DNA of 64,000 bases from Terriglobia bacterium (GTDB lineage Bacteria > Acidobacteriota > Terriglobia > 2-12-FULL-54-10): NCBI GenBank assembly GCA_963666975.2, contig CAXVYR010000004.1, positions 2,304,001-2,368,000 on the forward strand, in the 5' to 3' direction. The notes under the pieces were generated by a model. The model was given only the letters and a program-made list of their open reading frames with translations, ran no database searches and was not told the origin of the DNA. Positions 1 through 10,344 of the stretch are shown one piece after another. Both the position numbers and the translations under genes were made by a program. How positions within the stretch are numbered: position 1 is the stretch's first letter; the number at the start of each line of letters is the position of its first letter.

Positions 1-2107
1 CCTGCGCACCGAAGTGCTCGTCACCGCGTCGAGCACGCCGCTGCCGCTGGACGAGGTGGCCAAGGCTACAGACGTTGTGGACGGCAGCCAGATCAGCCGC
101 CGCGCGGAGTTTTCCCTTGCCGAAGCCATTCGGAACGTTCCCGGCGTGCGCGTGCAGCAGAACAGCGGGCCGGGCAGTCTCACATCCATCCAGACCCGTG
201 GCATGCGGAACCAAGACACCGCAGTGCTGATCGACGGGCTGCGCTTCCGGGACGCGGCCAGCATCGGAGGAGACGCGACGGCGTTTTTGGCGGATATGAT
301 GCTCCTCGATACAGACCGGATTGAAATCGTTCGCGGCTCGGGGGCGTCACTCTATGGCTCGAACGCCATGGGGGGCGTCGTCAACGTCGTCTCCGAACAG
401 GGCGGCGGAAAGACCCACGGGGAGATTTCGGTCGAGGGCGGCCAACTCGGCATGTTTCGGGGCGCGGCGCGTATCGGCGGCGGGATCGGCGATTTCGACA
501 GCTTTGTTTACAGCGCCGGGATCACGCATCTCAACGTCACCCAGGGAGTCGATGATTTTGATCCTTATCGCAATACCAGCGGCCAGGGATTCGCAAAGTA
601 CAATTTCACACCGAACGTTTCCTTGAGCGGCCGGGTCTGGGCCAGCGACGCCTTCGCAGCTCTGAACGAGAGCACCACGTTTACCGATGCAATTCTCGCC
701 AACCATCCCGCCGGCGGCGTGATCCCAGCCATCGGACTTTCTGATCAGGAACGAAAGCGCTTCGAGCGGGGCGAGCCGTTCAGTCCGGGGAACGCCACGT
801 TTATCCCTGCCTACAACGATCCGGACAATCACCGCGCGGCTTCCTTTTTCTCCGGGGCCGTTATTTTCAACCACAGGCTGGGCCCGAACAGCTCTTATGT
901 CATCACCTACCATGGCGTCGATACGAGCCGAGCCTTCCGCGACGGACCGGCGGGCCAGGGCCTGTTTGATCCCACCTTCTCGAATGAGAGCCTCTTCGAA
1001 GGCCGCGTCGACACAGTCCAGGCCAGAACCGACAACCGCATCGGGAAAGCGAATCTCGTGAGTGTCGGTTATGAGTTCGAGCGCGAGGAGCACGTCAACG
1101 TCACGACCGACGAGAATCCCGATCCCGTCCTGCGGCCCCTCAGCGGGATCGGGCTCAAACAGCGGAGCCACGCCCTCTTTGTGCAAGATCAAATCCGCCT
1201 GGCCGGCGGACGCTTGCAGATTGCTCTTTCGGGCCGCATCCAGTCGTTCGGTCTGGACACTCCCCGGTTTACCGGCAACGTGAATCCCTATGCAGATGTC
1301 AGTTTGGAATCGCCTCCTGCCGCCTATACCGGCGATGCCGCCATCGCCTACTTTTTTTCAACCACCGGAACCAAGCTCCGGGCGCATTTCGGCAACGCCT
1401 ACCGAGTTCCCTCCGCCTTCAACCGCTTTGGCGGGACCTTCTCTTCTTTTTCCAACTCCTTCAGCTTTTGGGGCGACCCGCGCTTGAGCCCGGAAAGGTC
1501 GGTCGCTTTCGACACAGGCATCGACCAATGGATGTTCAACTCGAAACTGCGGCTGAGCGGGACGCTGTTTTACACCAGCCTGCAAGAGATCATCCTGTTT
1601 GACTTTGGCGTCATTGACGCCTCGACAGACCCCTTTGGCCGTTTCGGGGGGTATCGCAACGGCGGCGGCGGACTGGCTCGCGGCGTGGAGTTCAGCCTCA
1701 CCGCCGCGCCGACATCCGCGACGAGTTTCAACTTCTCCTACACCTACACGAATGCTGACTCCCGCACGCCGACCGTGCCAGGGACGAATTTCTTCAAGGT
1801 CTTGGGCCAGTCGGACCACATGTTTACCTTTACGGCGACCCAGCGCGTGGGACGGCGCATCGATGTCGCTTTCGACCTGTTTGCCGTCAGCGACTACTCT
1901 CAGCGCTTTTTCGGGGCGGACGGACGCTTCGTCTTTGACGGGCCCGTGAAGGCGGACGTGGTCGCAAGCTACACCGTCCCGGTTGCGAATGGAAGTCAGA
2001 TGAAGTTCTATGGGAAGGTCGAAAACGTTTTTGATAATGACTACTTTGAGGGCGGCTTCAACGCGCCGGGCCTCTGGGCCGTCGGCGGAATGAAGTTCAC
2101 TTTCTAG
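1..2107 (+). CDS. TonB-dependent receptor, BtuB-like (5' end lies upstream of the window)
   Basis: Plug motifs (LIDG, RIEIVRGSGASLYGSNAMGGVVN), beta-barrel ending in C-terminal Phe (KFTF); next to an ABC transporter and cobQ. Confidence 0.9.
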   Translation, partial: LRTEVLVTASSTPLPLDEVAKATDVVDGSQISRRAEFSLAEAIRNVPGVRVQQNSGPGSLTSIQTRGMRNQDTAVLIDGLRFRDAASIGGDATAFLADMMLLDTDRIEIVRGSGASLYGSNAMGGVVNVVSEQGGGKTHGEISVEGGQLGMFRGAARIGGGIGDFDSFVYSAGITHLNVTQGVDDFDPYRNTSGQGFAKYNFTPNVSLSGRVWASDAFAALNESTTFTDAILANHPAGGVIPAIGLSDQERKRFERGEPFSPGNATFIPAYNDPDNHRAASFFSGAVIFNHRLGPNSSYVITYHGVDTSRAFRDGPAGQGLFDPTFSNESLFEGRVDTVQARTDNRIGKANLVSVGYEFEREEHVNVTTDENPDPVLRPLSGIGLKQRSHALFVQDQIRLAGGRLQIALSGRIQSFGLDTPRFTGNVNPYADVSLESPPAAYTGDAAIAYFFSTTGTKLRAHFGNAYRVPSAFNRFGGTFSSFSNSFSFWGDPRLSPERSVAFDTGIDQWMFNSKLRLSGTLFYTSLQEIILFDFGVIDASTDPFGRFGGYRNGGGGLARGVEFSLTAAPTSATSFNFSYTYTNADSRTPTVPGTNFFKVLGQSDHMFTFTATQRVGRRIDVAFDLFAVSDYSQRFFGADGRFVFDGPVKADVVASYTVPVANGSQMKFYGKVENVFDNDYFEGGFNAPGLWAVGGMKFTF

Positions 2108-2134
2108 AGGGCCGGCATTTCGGCAAAATTCCGC

Positions 2135-3142
2135 ATGAGCAATAGGAACCTCAATCCCTCCGCAAACACTAGCCGGGCGTGGCTGCTCGGTTTGATTACG
2201 GTAATCGCCTTCGCTGCGGCTGCGATTTCTGTGATCGGGGACTATGGCGGAAAGCTGCGGCTTGCCCCAGTTCGTCAGACGGCCCGGCGGGAACAAGCAA
2301 CGGGAAGGAGCGAGTTCCCTAGAACCGCGACCGACGCCAGCGACGCCGAGCTGATTCTTCCGGCGCCTCCGCAAAGGATCGCCTCGCAAGCGTTGGCGAC
2401 CGACCATCTTCTTTTTGCCACCGTGCCGCACGAGCGAATTGTCGCCGTCAGCCAGTTCGCCGCCGACTCCAGCTACAGCAATATCGCCAGCATCGTTCGC
2501 CATCTGCCTGTGAAGATTGCCTCCGACACGGAGTCGGTCTTGCGGTTAAGCCCGGACTTGTTTCTCGCATCCCACCGCGCCCGCGCTGACCACGTGGAGC
2601 TGCTTCGGGCGGCAGGCACGCCGGTTTTCCGGGTCAGGACTGTCTACGAGAACTTGGAACAAGTCAAAGAAGCCCTGCGATTGATCGGTTATTTGACCGG
2701 CGAGGACGAAGCCGCCGCCGTCAAAATTGACTGGCTGGAAGAGCAGGTCCGCGCCGCCCAAAGCCTGCGGCCCGCTGACGCGCCGAAGCTCCGCGTGCTG
2801 GTGCTCACGGCGTTTTCCTATAGCTACGGCAAAAGCTCCTTGCTCGGAGACATGATCGAAAAGCTCGGTGCAATCAACGTGGGCAGCGAGCAGGGCCTGG
2901 GCTCCTATGAAAAGATCGGCAGCGAGCAGGTCGCCGCATGGAACCCGGACTGGATCATTTCCGGAGCGAATCCCGGAGAAGAGAAAACGATCCGGCGCAG
3001 GCTGCTCGGCGACGCGGGCGTGGCCGCGACGACCGCAGGGAAAACAGGGCATGTGCTGGTGGTCGAGAACCGCTTCTTCGCCAGTATGTCGCACCATGCG
3101 GTGCATATGATGCGGCAGCTGGCTGAGGCCATGTACCCCTAG
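2135..3142 (+). CDS. ABC transporter periplasmic binding protein (BtuF/FecB-like)
   Basis: PPQRIAS and ESVLRLSPDL motifs of the Peripla_BP_2 family; operon context. Confidence 0.85.
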   Translation: MSNRNLNPSANTSRAWLLGLITVIAFAAAAISVIGDYGGKLRLAPVRQTARREQATGRSEFPRTATDASDAELILPAPPQRIASQALATDHLLFATVPHERIVAVSQFAADSSYSNIASIVRHLPVKIASDTESVLRLSPDLFLASHRARADHVELLRAAGTPVFRVRTVYENLEQVKEALRLIGYLTGEDEAAAVKIDWLEEQVRAAQSLRPADAPKLRVLVLTAFSYSYGKSSLLGDMIEKLGAINVGSEQGLGSYEKIGSEQVAAWNPDWIISGANPGEEKTIRRRLLGDAGVAATTAGKTGHVLVVENRFFASMSHHAVHMMRQLAEAMYP

Positions 3143-3218
3143 AGCAGGGAGGAGCCCGGGGAGGAGCACGGGCCGCCCTGCTTGCGCGGTGAACAGGGAA
3201 GGGAACAGGGTTCAGAAC

Positions 3219-4367
3219 ATGGATCAAATTGCTAAGGCTCGGGAGCGCCATGCTTTTTCCCCAAATGCTTTGTCCCCAAACATTGGGTCTCCAAAACCTG
3301 GGCCGTTTCACATCGTGGCCGGGCTCCGCCGGAAGGTGGCCCCGTACTTTATATTTATCTCCGCCGTTCTTGTTCTGAGCGCGGTTGCGGGCATCGCCAT
3401 CGGCAGCACACACATCGACTGGACGGTCATCCTGCGCGTTATAGCCGCGCGGCTGCTGCCGGAAGGGTGGATTGATCTCTCACGCGTCAGCGAGGCGGAA
3501 CAGGTGATTGTCTGGCTGATCCGCGTGCCGCGCGTGATTGTGGCCGCCGTCGCCGGAGCAGCGCTGGCCGTGGCTGGAGTCCAGATGCAGGGGCTGTTCC
3601 GCAACCCATTGGCGGAACCGAGCGTCGTCGGGGCCAGTTCGGGCGCGGCGCTCGGAGCCGTCATCGCCTTTGTGACGGCGCTGGCGACGCGGTCGGCGCT
3701 CTGGCTGCCGCTGTTTGCCTTCATCGGCGCATTGCTGGCGTTGTTTCTCGTCTACAGTTTTGCCACGCGCGCCGGGCGCACGCCGACCGCTACGCTTCTT
3801 CTGGCCGGAATCGCCTTGAGCGCGCTCATCGGCGCTATTTCCTCCCTGCTGATCTCGCTCAGCTTTGTCGACTGGGAGGTGGCGGGGAACATCATCTTCT
3901 GGATGATGGGCGGACTCGACAGCCGCACGTGGATCCACGTTTGGATCTCAGCGCCGTTTGTTGCCGCCGGTATTCTGGCCGCCTTGTGGTTCCATCGCGA
4001 TCTGGACATGCTGTTGGCGGGCGAGGAAACATCCGCCACGCTCGGCGTCGAGGTCGAAACGGCCAAGCGCATCATTTTGACCGCCGCTGCGCTGCTCACC
4101 GGCTCGGCCGTGGCCGTGAGCGGCGTCATCGGATTCGTCGGCCTCATTGTTCCCCATATGATTCGGCTCCTGCTCGGCCCCTCGCATCGCGTGTTGCTGC
4201 CGGCGAGCGCCCTGACGGGAGCAACCTTCCTGATCGCCTGCGATCTGATCGCACGGACGATCCATCCCCCCACGGAGATTCGCCTGGGAATCATCACGGC
4301 CGTGTTCGGCGCGCCCTTCTTTCTTTACCTGCTCCGGCAGCGGCGGAAGGAGATCGGTTACCTGTGA
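3219..4367 (+). CDS. FecCD/BtuC-family ABC permease
   Basis: QGLFRNPLAEP, GVIGFVGLIVPH and GAPFFLYLL motifs; start could also be GTG at 3189. Confidence 0.92.
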   Translation: MDQIAKARERHAFSPNALSPNIGSPKPGPFHIVAGLRRKVAPYFIFISAVLVLSAVAGIAIGSTHIDWTVILRVIAARLLPEGWIDLSRVSEAEQVIVWLIRVPRVIVAAVAGAALAVAGVQMQGLFRNPLAEPSVVGASSGAALGAVIAFVTALATRSALWLPLFAFIGALLALFLVYSFATRAGRTPTATLLLAGIALSALIGAISSLLISLSFVDWEVAGNIIFWMMGGLDSRTWIHVWISAPFVAAGILAALWFHRDLDMLLAGEETSATLGVEVETAKRIILTAAALLTGSAVAVSGVIGFVGLIVPHMIRLLLGPSHRVLLPASALTGATFLIACDLIARTIHPPTEIRLGIITAVFGAPFFLYLLRQRRKEIGYL

Positions 4368-5179
4368 ACCGTTTAGAGCTGCAACAGGCAGGGATAGCGA
4401 TGGAGGACGCCTGGCTCGTTCGTGGCGTTACGCTAGGGCTGGAGGCCGGCCGGTTGACGGCGCTCATCGGCATGAACGGCTCCGGGAAATCGACGATTCT
4501 TCGCCTGCTGGCCGGGCTGTGGCGTCCGACCGAAGGGCAGGCCCGGCTTGACGGCCAGCCACTCCACATGCTTTCCCGGCGCGAGATTGCGAAACAAGTG
4601 ACGTTCGTAGCCCAGGACGAGCGCCTCGATTTCGCCTTTACCGTCCAAGACGTGGTTGCCATGGGACGACACCCCCACCTGGGCCGTTTCAGCCGCGAGG
4701 GTCGTGAGGACCGCCAGGCGATCCATGACGCCCTGGAGTGCGCCGATGTTGCCCATCTCGCCGGGCGTTTTGCGAACGAACTCTCTGGCGGTGAGAAAAA
4801 GCGCGTTCTGCTGGCGAGAAGTTTGGCTACGCAGGCAGACATCATCCTGCTCGACGAGCCGACCTCCCACCTCGACGTGGAGCATGCGCTGGAGATACTT
4901 GAACTCTGCCGCAGGCTGTCGGAAGCGGGCAAGACGATTGCGATAGCCATCCACGACCTGAACGCCGTGAGCCGGTTCGCGGACCGTGTGGCCGTTGTTC
5001 ATCAGGGCCGGCTGCACTCGGTGGACGACTCGGCTCGGATACTTACGAGCGAAACCATCGAGAAAGTCTTTGGCGTCGAGGCCGAGCAGGCGCGAACGCC
5101 GAGCGGGGAGAGCGTTTTCATCTTTCATCGGCACATCTCATCGGCATCTGCCTCCGTCACCGCTAAACCGCCGAAGTGA
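4364..5179 (+). CDS. ABC transporter ATP-binding protein (BtuD/FepC-like)
   Basis: Walker A GMNGSGKS, LSGGE signature, LLDEPT; GTG start overlaps the permease stop (GTGA). Confidence 0.92.
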   Translation: MNRLELQQAGIAMEDAWLVRGVTLGLEAGRLTALIGMNGSGKSTILRLLAGLWRPTEGQARLDGQPLHMLSRREIAKQVTFVAQDERLDFAFTVQDVVAMGRHPHLGRFSREGREDRQAIHDALECADVAHLAGRFANELSGGEKKRVLLARSLATQADIILLDEPTSHLDVEHALEILELCRRLSEAGKTIAIAIHDLNAVSRFADRVAVVHQGRLHSVDDSARILTSETIEKVFGVEAEQARTPSGESVFIFHRHISSASASVTAKPPK

Positions 5180-5247
5180 AATAGCCATCGGGATGGCGTA
5201 ACGGAAAGCTGACGAGTTTTGGCAGGCGCCGACTCGGTTCTCCACAT

Positions 5248-6690
5248 ATGTCTGCGAAGCGAATCCTGATTGGAGGTACAGCCTCCCACGTTGGCAAAAG
5301 CTGGATGGCGACCGCCCTCTGCGCATGGCTGCGATGGCGCGGCGTTCGCGCAGCCCCGTTCAAGGCGCAGAATATGTCCAACAATTCCTACCCTTGCCCG
5401 GAAGGAGGCGAGATTGGCCGTGCCCAAGTTGCCCAGGCCGAGGCCTGCGGTCTGAAACCCTCGGTGGATATGAACCCGATTCTGCTCAAGCCCTCCGGTG
5501 AGACGGGATCACAGGCAGTCATCCAGGGAAAGGTTTGGAAGACGCTTTCGGCATGGGAGTATTATGAGCACCATGAGTTTCTGGCGTCGAAGGTGCAAGA
5601 ATCTTTTGACCGTCTCGCTTCCCGTTACGAGTTCATCGTGATCGAAGGGGCCGGAAGTCTGGCGGAGTTGAACCTCCGGCGGACCGACATCGTTAATATG
5701 GGCCTCGCCCGAAAGCTCCAGGCTCCGGTGCTGCTGGTTGCCGACATCGACCGCGGCGGCGTCTTTGCCGCTGTCTATGGCACGATCGCTTTGCTCGAAC
5801 CAGGCGAAGCCACGCTCCTGAAGGCTTTCGCCGTAAACCGGTTTCGCGGCGACCCGGCGCTGTTTGCATCCGGAGCCCGTCTGCTGGAGGCCAAGACCGG
5901 CAAACCCTGTCTCGGCGTTTTTCCATATGCCGGCGATATTCGGCTGGACGAAGAAGACAGTGTCGCGCTCGATTCTCCTGCATTCGATGCTCCAGCCCTC
6001 GGTTCCTCGAAGCAGGTTTCCCTCGATGCTCCGAGCGTCGCCATCGCCATCCTGCGCCTGCCTCGCGTCTCCAATCTCACCGACTTCCGGCTGCTGCGGT
6101 GGGCCGAATGGATTGATCGTCCATGTAAGCGCCAGTACGGCGTCGTCATCCTGCCGGGAACCAAGAACACGGTCTCCGATCTTGCCTGGATGCGCCGTCA
6201 CGGGCTCGACGGCTGGGTTCGGGAACAGCACGCGGGGGGCGCGTTGGTGATTGGAATCTGCGGCGGATATCAAATTCTGGGAGAGCGAATCGAGGACCCC
6301 CGGCAGGTGGAATCCGAACAGAAGAGTGTGCCCGGTTTAGGTCTTCTGCCCGTGGTGACCACACTGCGCGAGACCAAGACCACCGAGGCCGTGGAAGCCG
6401 TTACTGCGAAGGGAATCCGGTTCCGTGCATACGAGATTCATATGGGCGAGACGGAGAAGCTGTCACGGGCGGATTCGTTTGCATCCGTTGATGGACGACC
6501 GGAGGGGGCTCGCCGCGACCGGTGTGTTGGAACCTATCTGCACGGCGCTCTCGAAAACGAGGCTGTGGTCGAAGAACTCACAGGTTTCCGTCCGCCTCCG
6601 GCCCCCCCCAAGTCCCTAACCTATGAGCGGCTCGCCGATTGGTTTGAAGCTGCCGCTGACGTGGAATTTTTTGAAGAGACTTTCCTTTGA
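5248..6690 (+). CDS. cobQ: Cobyric acid synthase
   Basis: GTASHVGKS, PFKAQNMSNNS, MNPILLKP, GICGGYQILG and GTYLHG motifs. Confidence 0.95.
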   Translation: MSAKRILIGGTASHVGKSWMATALCAWLRWRGVRAAPFKAQNMSNNSYPCPEGGEIGRAQVAQAEACGLKPSVDMNPILLKPSGETGSQAVIQGKVWKTLSAWEYYEHHEFLASKVQESFDRLASRYEFIVIEGAGSLAELNLRRTDIVNMGLARKLQAPVLLVADIDRGGVFAAVYGTIALLEPGEATLLKAFAVNRFRGDPALFASGARLLEAKTGKPCLGVFPYAGDIRLDEEDSVALDSPAFDAPALGSSKQVSLDAPSVAIAILRLPRVSNLTDFRLLRWAEWIDRPCKRQYGVVILPGTKNTVSDLAWMRRHGLDGWVREQHAGGALVIGICGGYQILGERIEDPRQVESEQKSVPGLGLLPVVTTLRETKTTEAVEAVTAKGIRFRAYEIHMGETEKLSRADSFASVDGRPEGARRDRCVGTYLHGALENEAVVEELTGFRPPPAPPKSLTYERLADWFEAAADVEFFEETFL

Positions 6691-7235
6691 GAAAGAAGAC
6701 AGGAAGTCCTTGGGATCAGCAAAACAATCTGACAAAAAAGACCCTCCGATGAACTTGAGAGCAGCATCAACGAATACGAGCCCTGCACCATCATGTAAAC
6801 TGATTAGAAGCTCTTGTTCTGCCATTTTGTTCGTAAATTTAATCGGCGTTTTCATACCTTATGGCGACTTCAGCCATTTCGATCCTGGACTGAATCGGTC
6901 GCACGGTTCTCGGCTGAGGCAATGCCACGATGTATGGATATTTTACTGCGCCTGTTCCATTCCATGACGACCACACTCCGTTCCTATACTTTGCACACGG
7001 CTGGCCGTCGCCGGAAGCAATAATGCACGCCAGCACCATCTTAAAGACAAAAACACTCACGTTTCTTCCGTCCAAATCAAAATTGAACGGCATGGGGAAG
7101 CTGGCTCCATGGACCCGCAGAATTGACCATCGCGCCGGTAGCTTTCAATGCCGCTGTTAGGCTTTCACCTTCCTTTGAAACTATCGGCAAAAGAAATTTG
7201 GCCATGAGTTCCCATCCTGTAAAAAAATGAACCAT

Positions 7236-7511
7236 TAGACCGTTTTTGTGGATTGTATATCCCGTCAGGGCACGGCTTCAGCCGTGCCGAAACGATCTCC
7301 AGGCAAGTGCGCTTTAGCGCCTGAGGTGAGTCTCGAACCCTGCGTGTTTCAGCGATTTAACTTCGATCTCAGCGGCTGAAGCCGCTGTCGTGATCCGGGT
7401 GGCGGCACGGAAAGACACCCCAACATGCTGACAGCGGCGCGCTGGGGGCCCCGTCAAACCGTGCCCTGAGGAGAGCGTAATACGGGATACACAAACTCTG
7501 AAACAGGTCTA
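7236..7511. repeat. Composite REP/MITE-like element with nested inverted repeats
   Basis: Outer imperfect IR TAGACCGTTTTTGTGGATTGTATATCCCGT / ACGGGATACACAAACTCTGAAACAGGTCTA; inner TCAGGGCACGG / CCGTGCCCTGA; REP-like palindromes GGCACGGCTTCAGCCGTGCC and CAGCGGCTGAAGCCGCTG. Confidence 0.7.
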
Positions 7512-7532
7512 GCTGTACAAGCTTTTTTCCAG

Positions 7533-7772
7533 CTACAGTTTGAAAAGCTCGACGGCGTTTTCGCGAAGCAGTCTGTTCTTAGCTTCTTCCTTCAACCCGA
7601 GATGGTTGAGCTGCGACAAGCTTTTGTCCCAGGGCAACCCGTTGGTGCCCCATACGCATCGTTCTTGCCCCATGCGGCTCCCGATGAACTGAAGAATCTC
7701 AGGCTTCAGGTATTTAGGCATCCAGGCGTCTATGCCAAAGTAGATGTTGTCCCACTTATAACAGATGGAGAT
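7533..7772 (-). pseudogene. C-terminal remnant of an amidohydrolase_2-family protein, truncated by the IS
   Basis: Reads ISICYKWDNIYFGIDAWMPKYLKPE...WGTN...LLRENAVELFKL and stops exactly at the IS end (7773). Confidence 0.7.
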
Positions 7773-7845
7773 TGTACGTCGTCAGATAATGTTGGACACA
7801 GAGCATAAAAAGATAAGGTGGCGTTCAGGCTCCTCTGGGTTGATG

Positions 7846-8829
7846 TTAGGCTGCCCTTCTTTTGAAGTGCAACCGTTTTCTTAAGATCATAGTTTTCTCT
7901 TTGATGCGATCCCGTTTTTGCAGGATGGCACTGCCTTGGCCTGTAAAAACGTCATACGGTGTCAGGTTGTTCAGGCTTTCATGGTATCGGTTGGTGTTGT
8001 AGTGGTTGACGAAGGCATCGATCTGCCGCTCCAGCTCTTCTGGCAGGTAATAGTTGTTGAGCAGGATGCGGTCTTTCAGAGTTCGGTGCCAGCGTTCGAT
8101 CTTGCCCTGCGTCATGGGGTGATAGGGCTTGCCGCGAGTATGCGGCACGCTGTTTTCTGCCAGCCATGATTGCAGTTCGGAAGAGACGTAGCACGGCCCG
8201 TTGTCGCTCAGGAGGCGAGGTCTGTGCCGGGCGCCCACGCGGTCGAGGCCGGTGGCTTGCAAAGCATCCCGCAACGTGGCCGAGACGTCACTTGCGCTCA
8301 TGGTTTTGCACAGCCGCCAGGCGATGATATAGCGCGAGAAGTCGTCCAGCACCGTGGACAGGTAGAACCAGCCCCAACCGATGACTTTCAGGTAGGTGAA
8401 GTCGGTCTGCCAGAGCTGGTTGACCGCCGTGGTCGGGTTGGCGAACCGTTCCGCCGCTTTCAGGACAATAAAGGCTGGCGCGGTAATCAGGTCATGGCTT
8501 TTCAGGACGCGGTAAACCGTCGATTCAGAAAGGTAATACCGCCTTTCCTCGGTAAAACGCACCGCCAGCTCGCGTGACGACAGATCGGGCTCGGCCAGGG
8601 CTAACGTCACCAACTGCTGAGTTATCTCCTCCGGCACCTTGTTCCAGACAGGGCCAGGATCGGGTTTTTTGTCTTCCAGCCCATCAAAGCCTTCCGACAC
8701 ATAGCGGTCGTACCAGTTGTAAAACGTCGATCTGGGAATGCCAACCTGCTGCAGCGTCCGGCGCACCCCCAGGGCAGATTGCTCCACCGTGCAGATGATC
8801 TCCAGCTTCTCCGAGGCAGGGTATCTCAT
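7846..8829 (-). CDS. IS3-family transposase OrfB (DDE/rve domain)
   Basis: WQTDFTY, LSDNGPCY, GKIERWHRTLK. Confidence 0.92.
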   Translation of the reverse strand: MRYPASEKLEIICTVEQSALGVRRTLQQVGIPRSTFYNWYDRYVSEGFDGLEDKKPDPGPVWNKVPEEITQQLVTLALAEPDLSSRELAVRFTEERRYYLSESTVYRVLKSHDLITAPAFIVLKAAERFANPTTAVNQLWQTDFTYLKVIGWGWFYLSTVLDDFSRYIIAWRLCKTMSASDVSATLRDALQATGLDRVGARHRPRLLSDNGPCYVSSELQSWLAENSVPHTRGKPYHPMTQGKIERWHRTLKDRILLNNYYLPEELERQIDAFVNHYNTNRYHESLNNLTPYDVFTGQGSAILQKRDRIKEKTMILRKRLHFKRRAA

Positions 8830-9197
8830 GTATGTTCCTCCCCATCCCCGATCACGCTTTTTTTTAGCAGGCGATTTTCCAGCATAGCCTCGGCCAGGGC
8901 CTCTTTCAGCTGTACGGCCTGCTCCCGCAGAGTCTTGACTTCGCCACTGGTTGCCTCACGGTCTATGTCGCCCGCCAGCCGCTTGCGGCCAGCCTCCAGA
9001 AACTCCTTGCTCCAGCGGTAATACTGGTTCTGGTGCAGCCCCTCGCGGCGGCACAGCTCCGCGATGCTGTCCTCGCCGCGAAGTCCCTGCAATACAATGC
9101 GGATTTTGTCTTCCGGGCTGAACCTGCGCCGCGTCCTGCGTTTGATCTCCCGGACGGCCTTCTCGACCGCCCCCCTGTCGTCTTGTTTTTGTCTCAT
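8826..9197 (-). CDS. IS3-family transposase OrfA (HTH)
   Basis: RRRFSPEDKIRIVL...SIAELCRREG; CTAAAAAAAAGC -1 frameshift motif near its 3' end. Confidence 0.9.
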   Translation of the reverse strand: MRQKQDDRGAVEKAVREIKRRTRRRFSPEDKIRIVLQGLRGEDSIAELCRREGLHQNQYYRWSKEFLEAGRKRLAGDIDREATSGEVKTLREQAVQLKEALAEAMLENRLLKKSVIGDGEEHT

Positions 9198-9468
9198 CTT
9201 CGTTCCTTTCAGTCTCTACGATGAGCCAAAAACATCACCTTAACTATTACCCTCTACCTGTCCAACAAGCCCTGACGGGGCACAGTGACAAGGCAGGAGG
9301 CATAGGTCTTCTGGTGAGAGAAAGCTCAAAATGGACATTCCGGTGAATATGGCTTTTGGAGCATTGATCATCTTTCACCATGGATGCATACTGCCACTCA
9401 AGGCAAGTGCCGTCCAGCAAAGCGACGGCAGGAGGCACCGATAATGGGTAACCGAAGTGGAGGAAGTC

Positions 9469-10317
9469 ATGAACGAAGGTACCGCTGGATCAAGCCGAGG
9501 TGATCTCACACTAGTGATTGGTGGCACCGGCAAGACCGGCCGGCGTGTCGCCGAGCGGCTCGCGAGCCGAGGCCTGCCGACGCGGATAGCATCACGCACC
9601 GGCGACCCGCCTTTCGACTGGGGCGACCGGAGCACCTGGGGCCCCATGCTCGACGGGATCGCCGCCGCTTACATGACGTACGCCCCCGACCTGGCCATCC
9701 CCGGCGCGGCCGACGCCATTCGCGACTTCGCCGAGCTGGCCGAGCGTCGGGGGGTAAGGCGGCTGGTCCTCCTCTCGGGACGCGGGGAAGAGGAGGCACA
9801 GCGCTGCGAGCTCATCATCCAGCGTCGCGACATCGAGTGGACCATAGTTCGCGCGAGCTGGTTCTTTCAGAACTTCAGCGAGGGTCCGTTCCTCGACATG
9901 GTGCTTGCCGGCGAGATCGCGCTGCCGGCCGGCGACGTCCGGGAGCCGTTCCTCGACGCGGAGGACATCGCCGACGTCGCCGTGGCCGCGTTGACGGAGG
10001 ACGGTCACGCGGGCCAAGTCTACGAGCTGACCGGATCGCGGCTCCTCACGTTCGCCGAAGCGGTCGACGAGATCGCTTTGGCGACCGGACGCGAGATCCG
10101 ATACACCCAGGTGCCGCACGAGGCCTTCACGGCGGGGTTGGCCGAGCTTGGCCTCCCGGAGGACATCGCGTGGCTGATGGATTACTTGTTCTCTACTGTC
10201 CTCGACGGCCGCAACGCGCACCAGGAAGACGGCGTCCGTCGGGCGCTCGGTCGCGAGCCCGGGGACTTCGCCGACTATGCGCGCCGCACCGCCGCCACCG
10301 GCATCTGGGACGCATAG
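9469..10317 (+). CDS. NmrA-like NAD(P)H-binding protein
   Basis: LVIGGTGKTGRRV Rossmann motif, FDW, DAEDIADVA; RBS GGAGGAAG. Confidence 0.88.
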   Translation: MNEGTAGSSRGDLTLVIGGTGKTGRRVAERLASRGLPTRIASRTGDPPFDWGDRSTWGPMLDGIAAAYMTYAPDLAIPGAADAIRDFAELAERRGVRRLVLLSGRGEEEAQRCELIIQRRDIEWTIVRASWFFQNFSEGPFLDMVLAGEIALPAGDVREPFLDAEDIADVAVAALTEDGHAGQVYELTGSRLLTFAEAVDEIALATGREIRYTQVPHEAFTAGLAELGLPEDIAWLMDYLFSTVLDGRNAHQEDGVRRALGREPGDFADYARRTAATGIWDA

Positions 10318-10344
10318 CCATGACTTCGGAGGGAGGTTGGGGGA

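Larger units (their letters stand above)
7773..9284 (-). mobile_element. IS3-family insertion sequence, copy 1 (1512 bp)
   Basis: Terminal IRs TGTACGTCGTCAGATAATGTTGGACA / TGTCCAACAAGCCCTGACGGGGCACA; orfA and orfB joined by an A8G slippery site; near-identical copy at 41295-42816; no target duplication. Confidence 0.92.

Noticed and set aside
6616-7205. Fragmented minus-strand ORFs after cobQ
   Set aside because: AT-richer and possibly a decayed gene, but no family motif was recognisable in any frame
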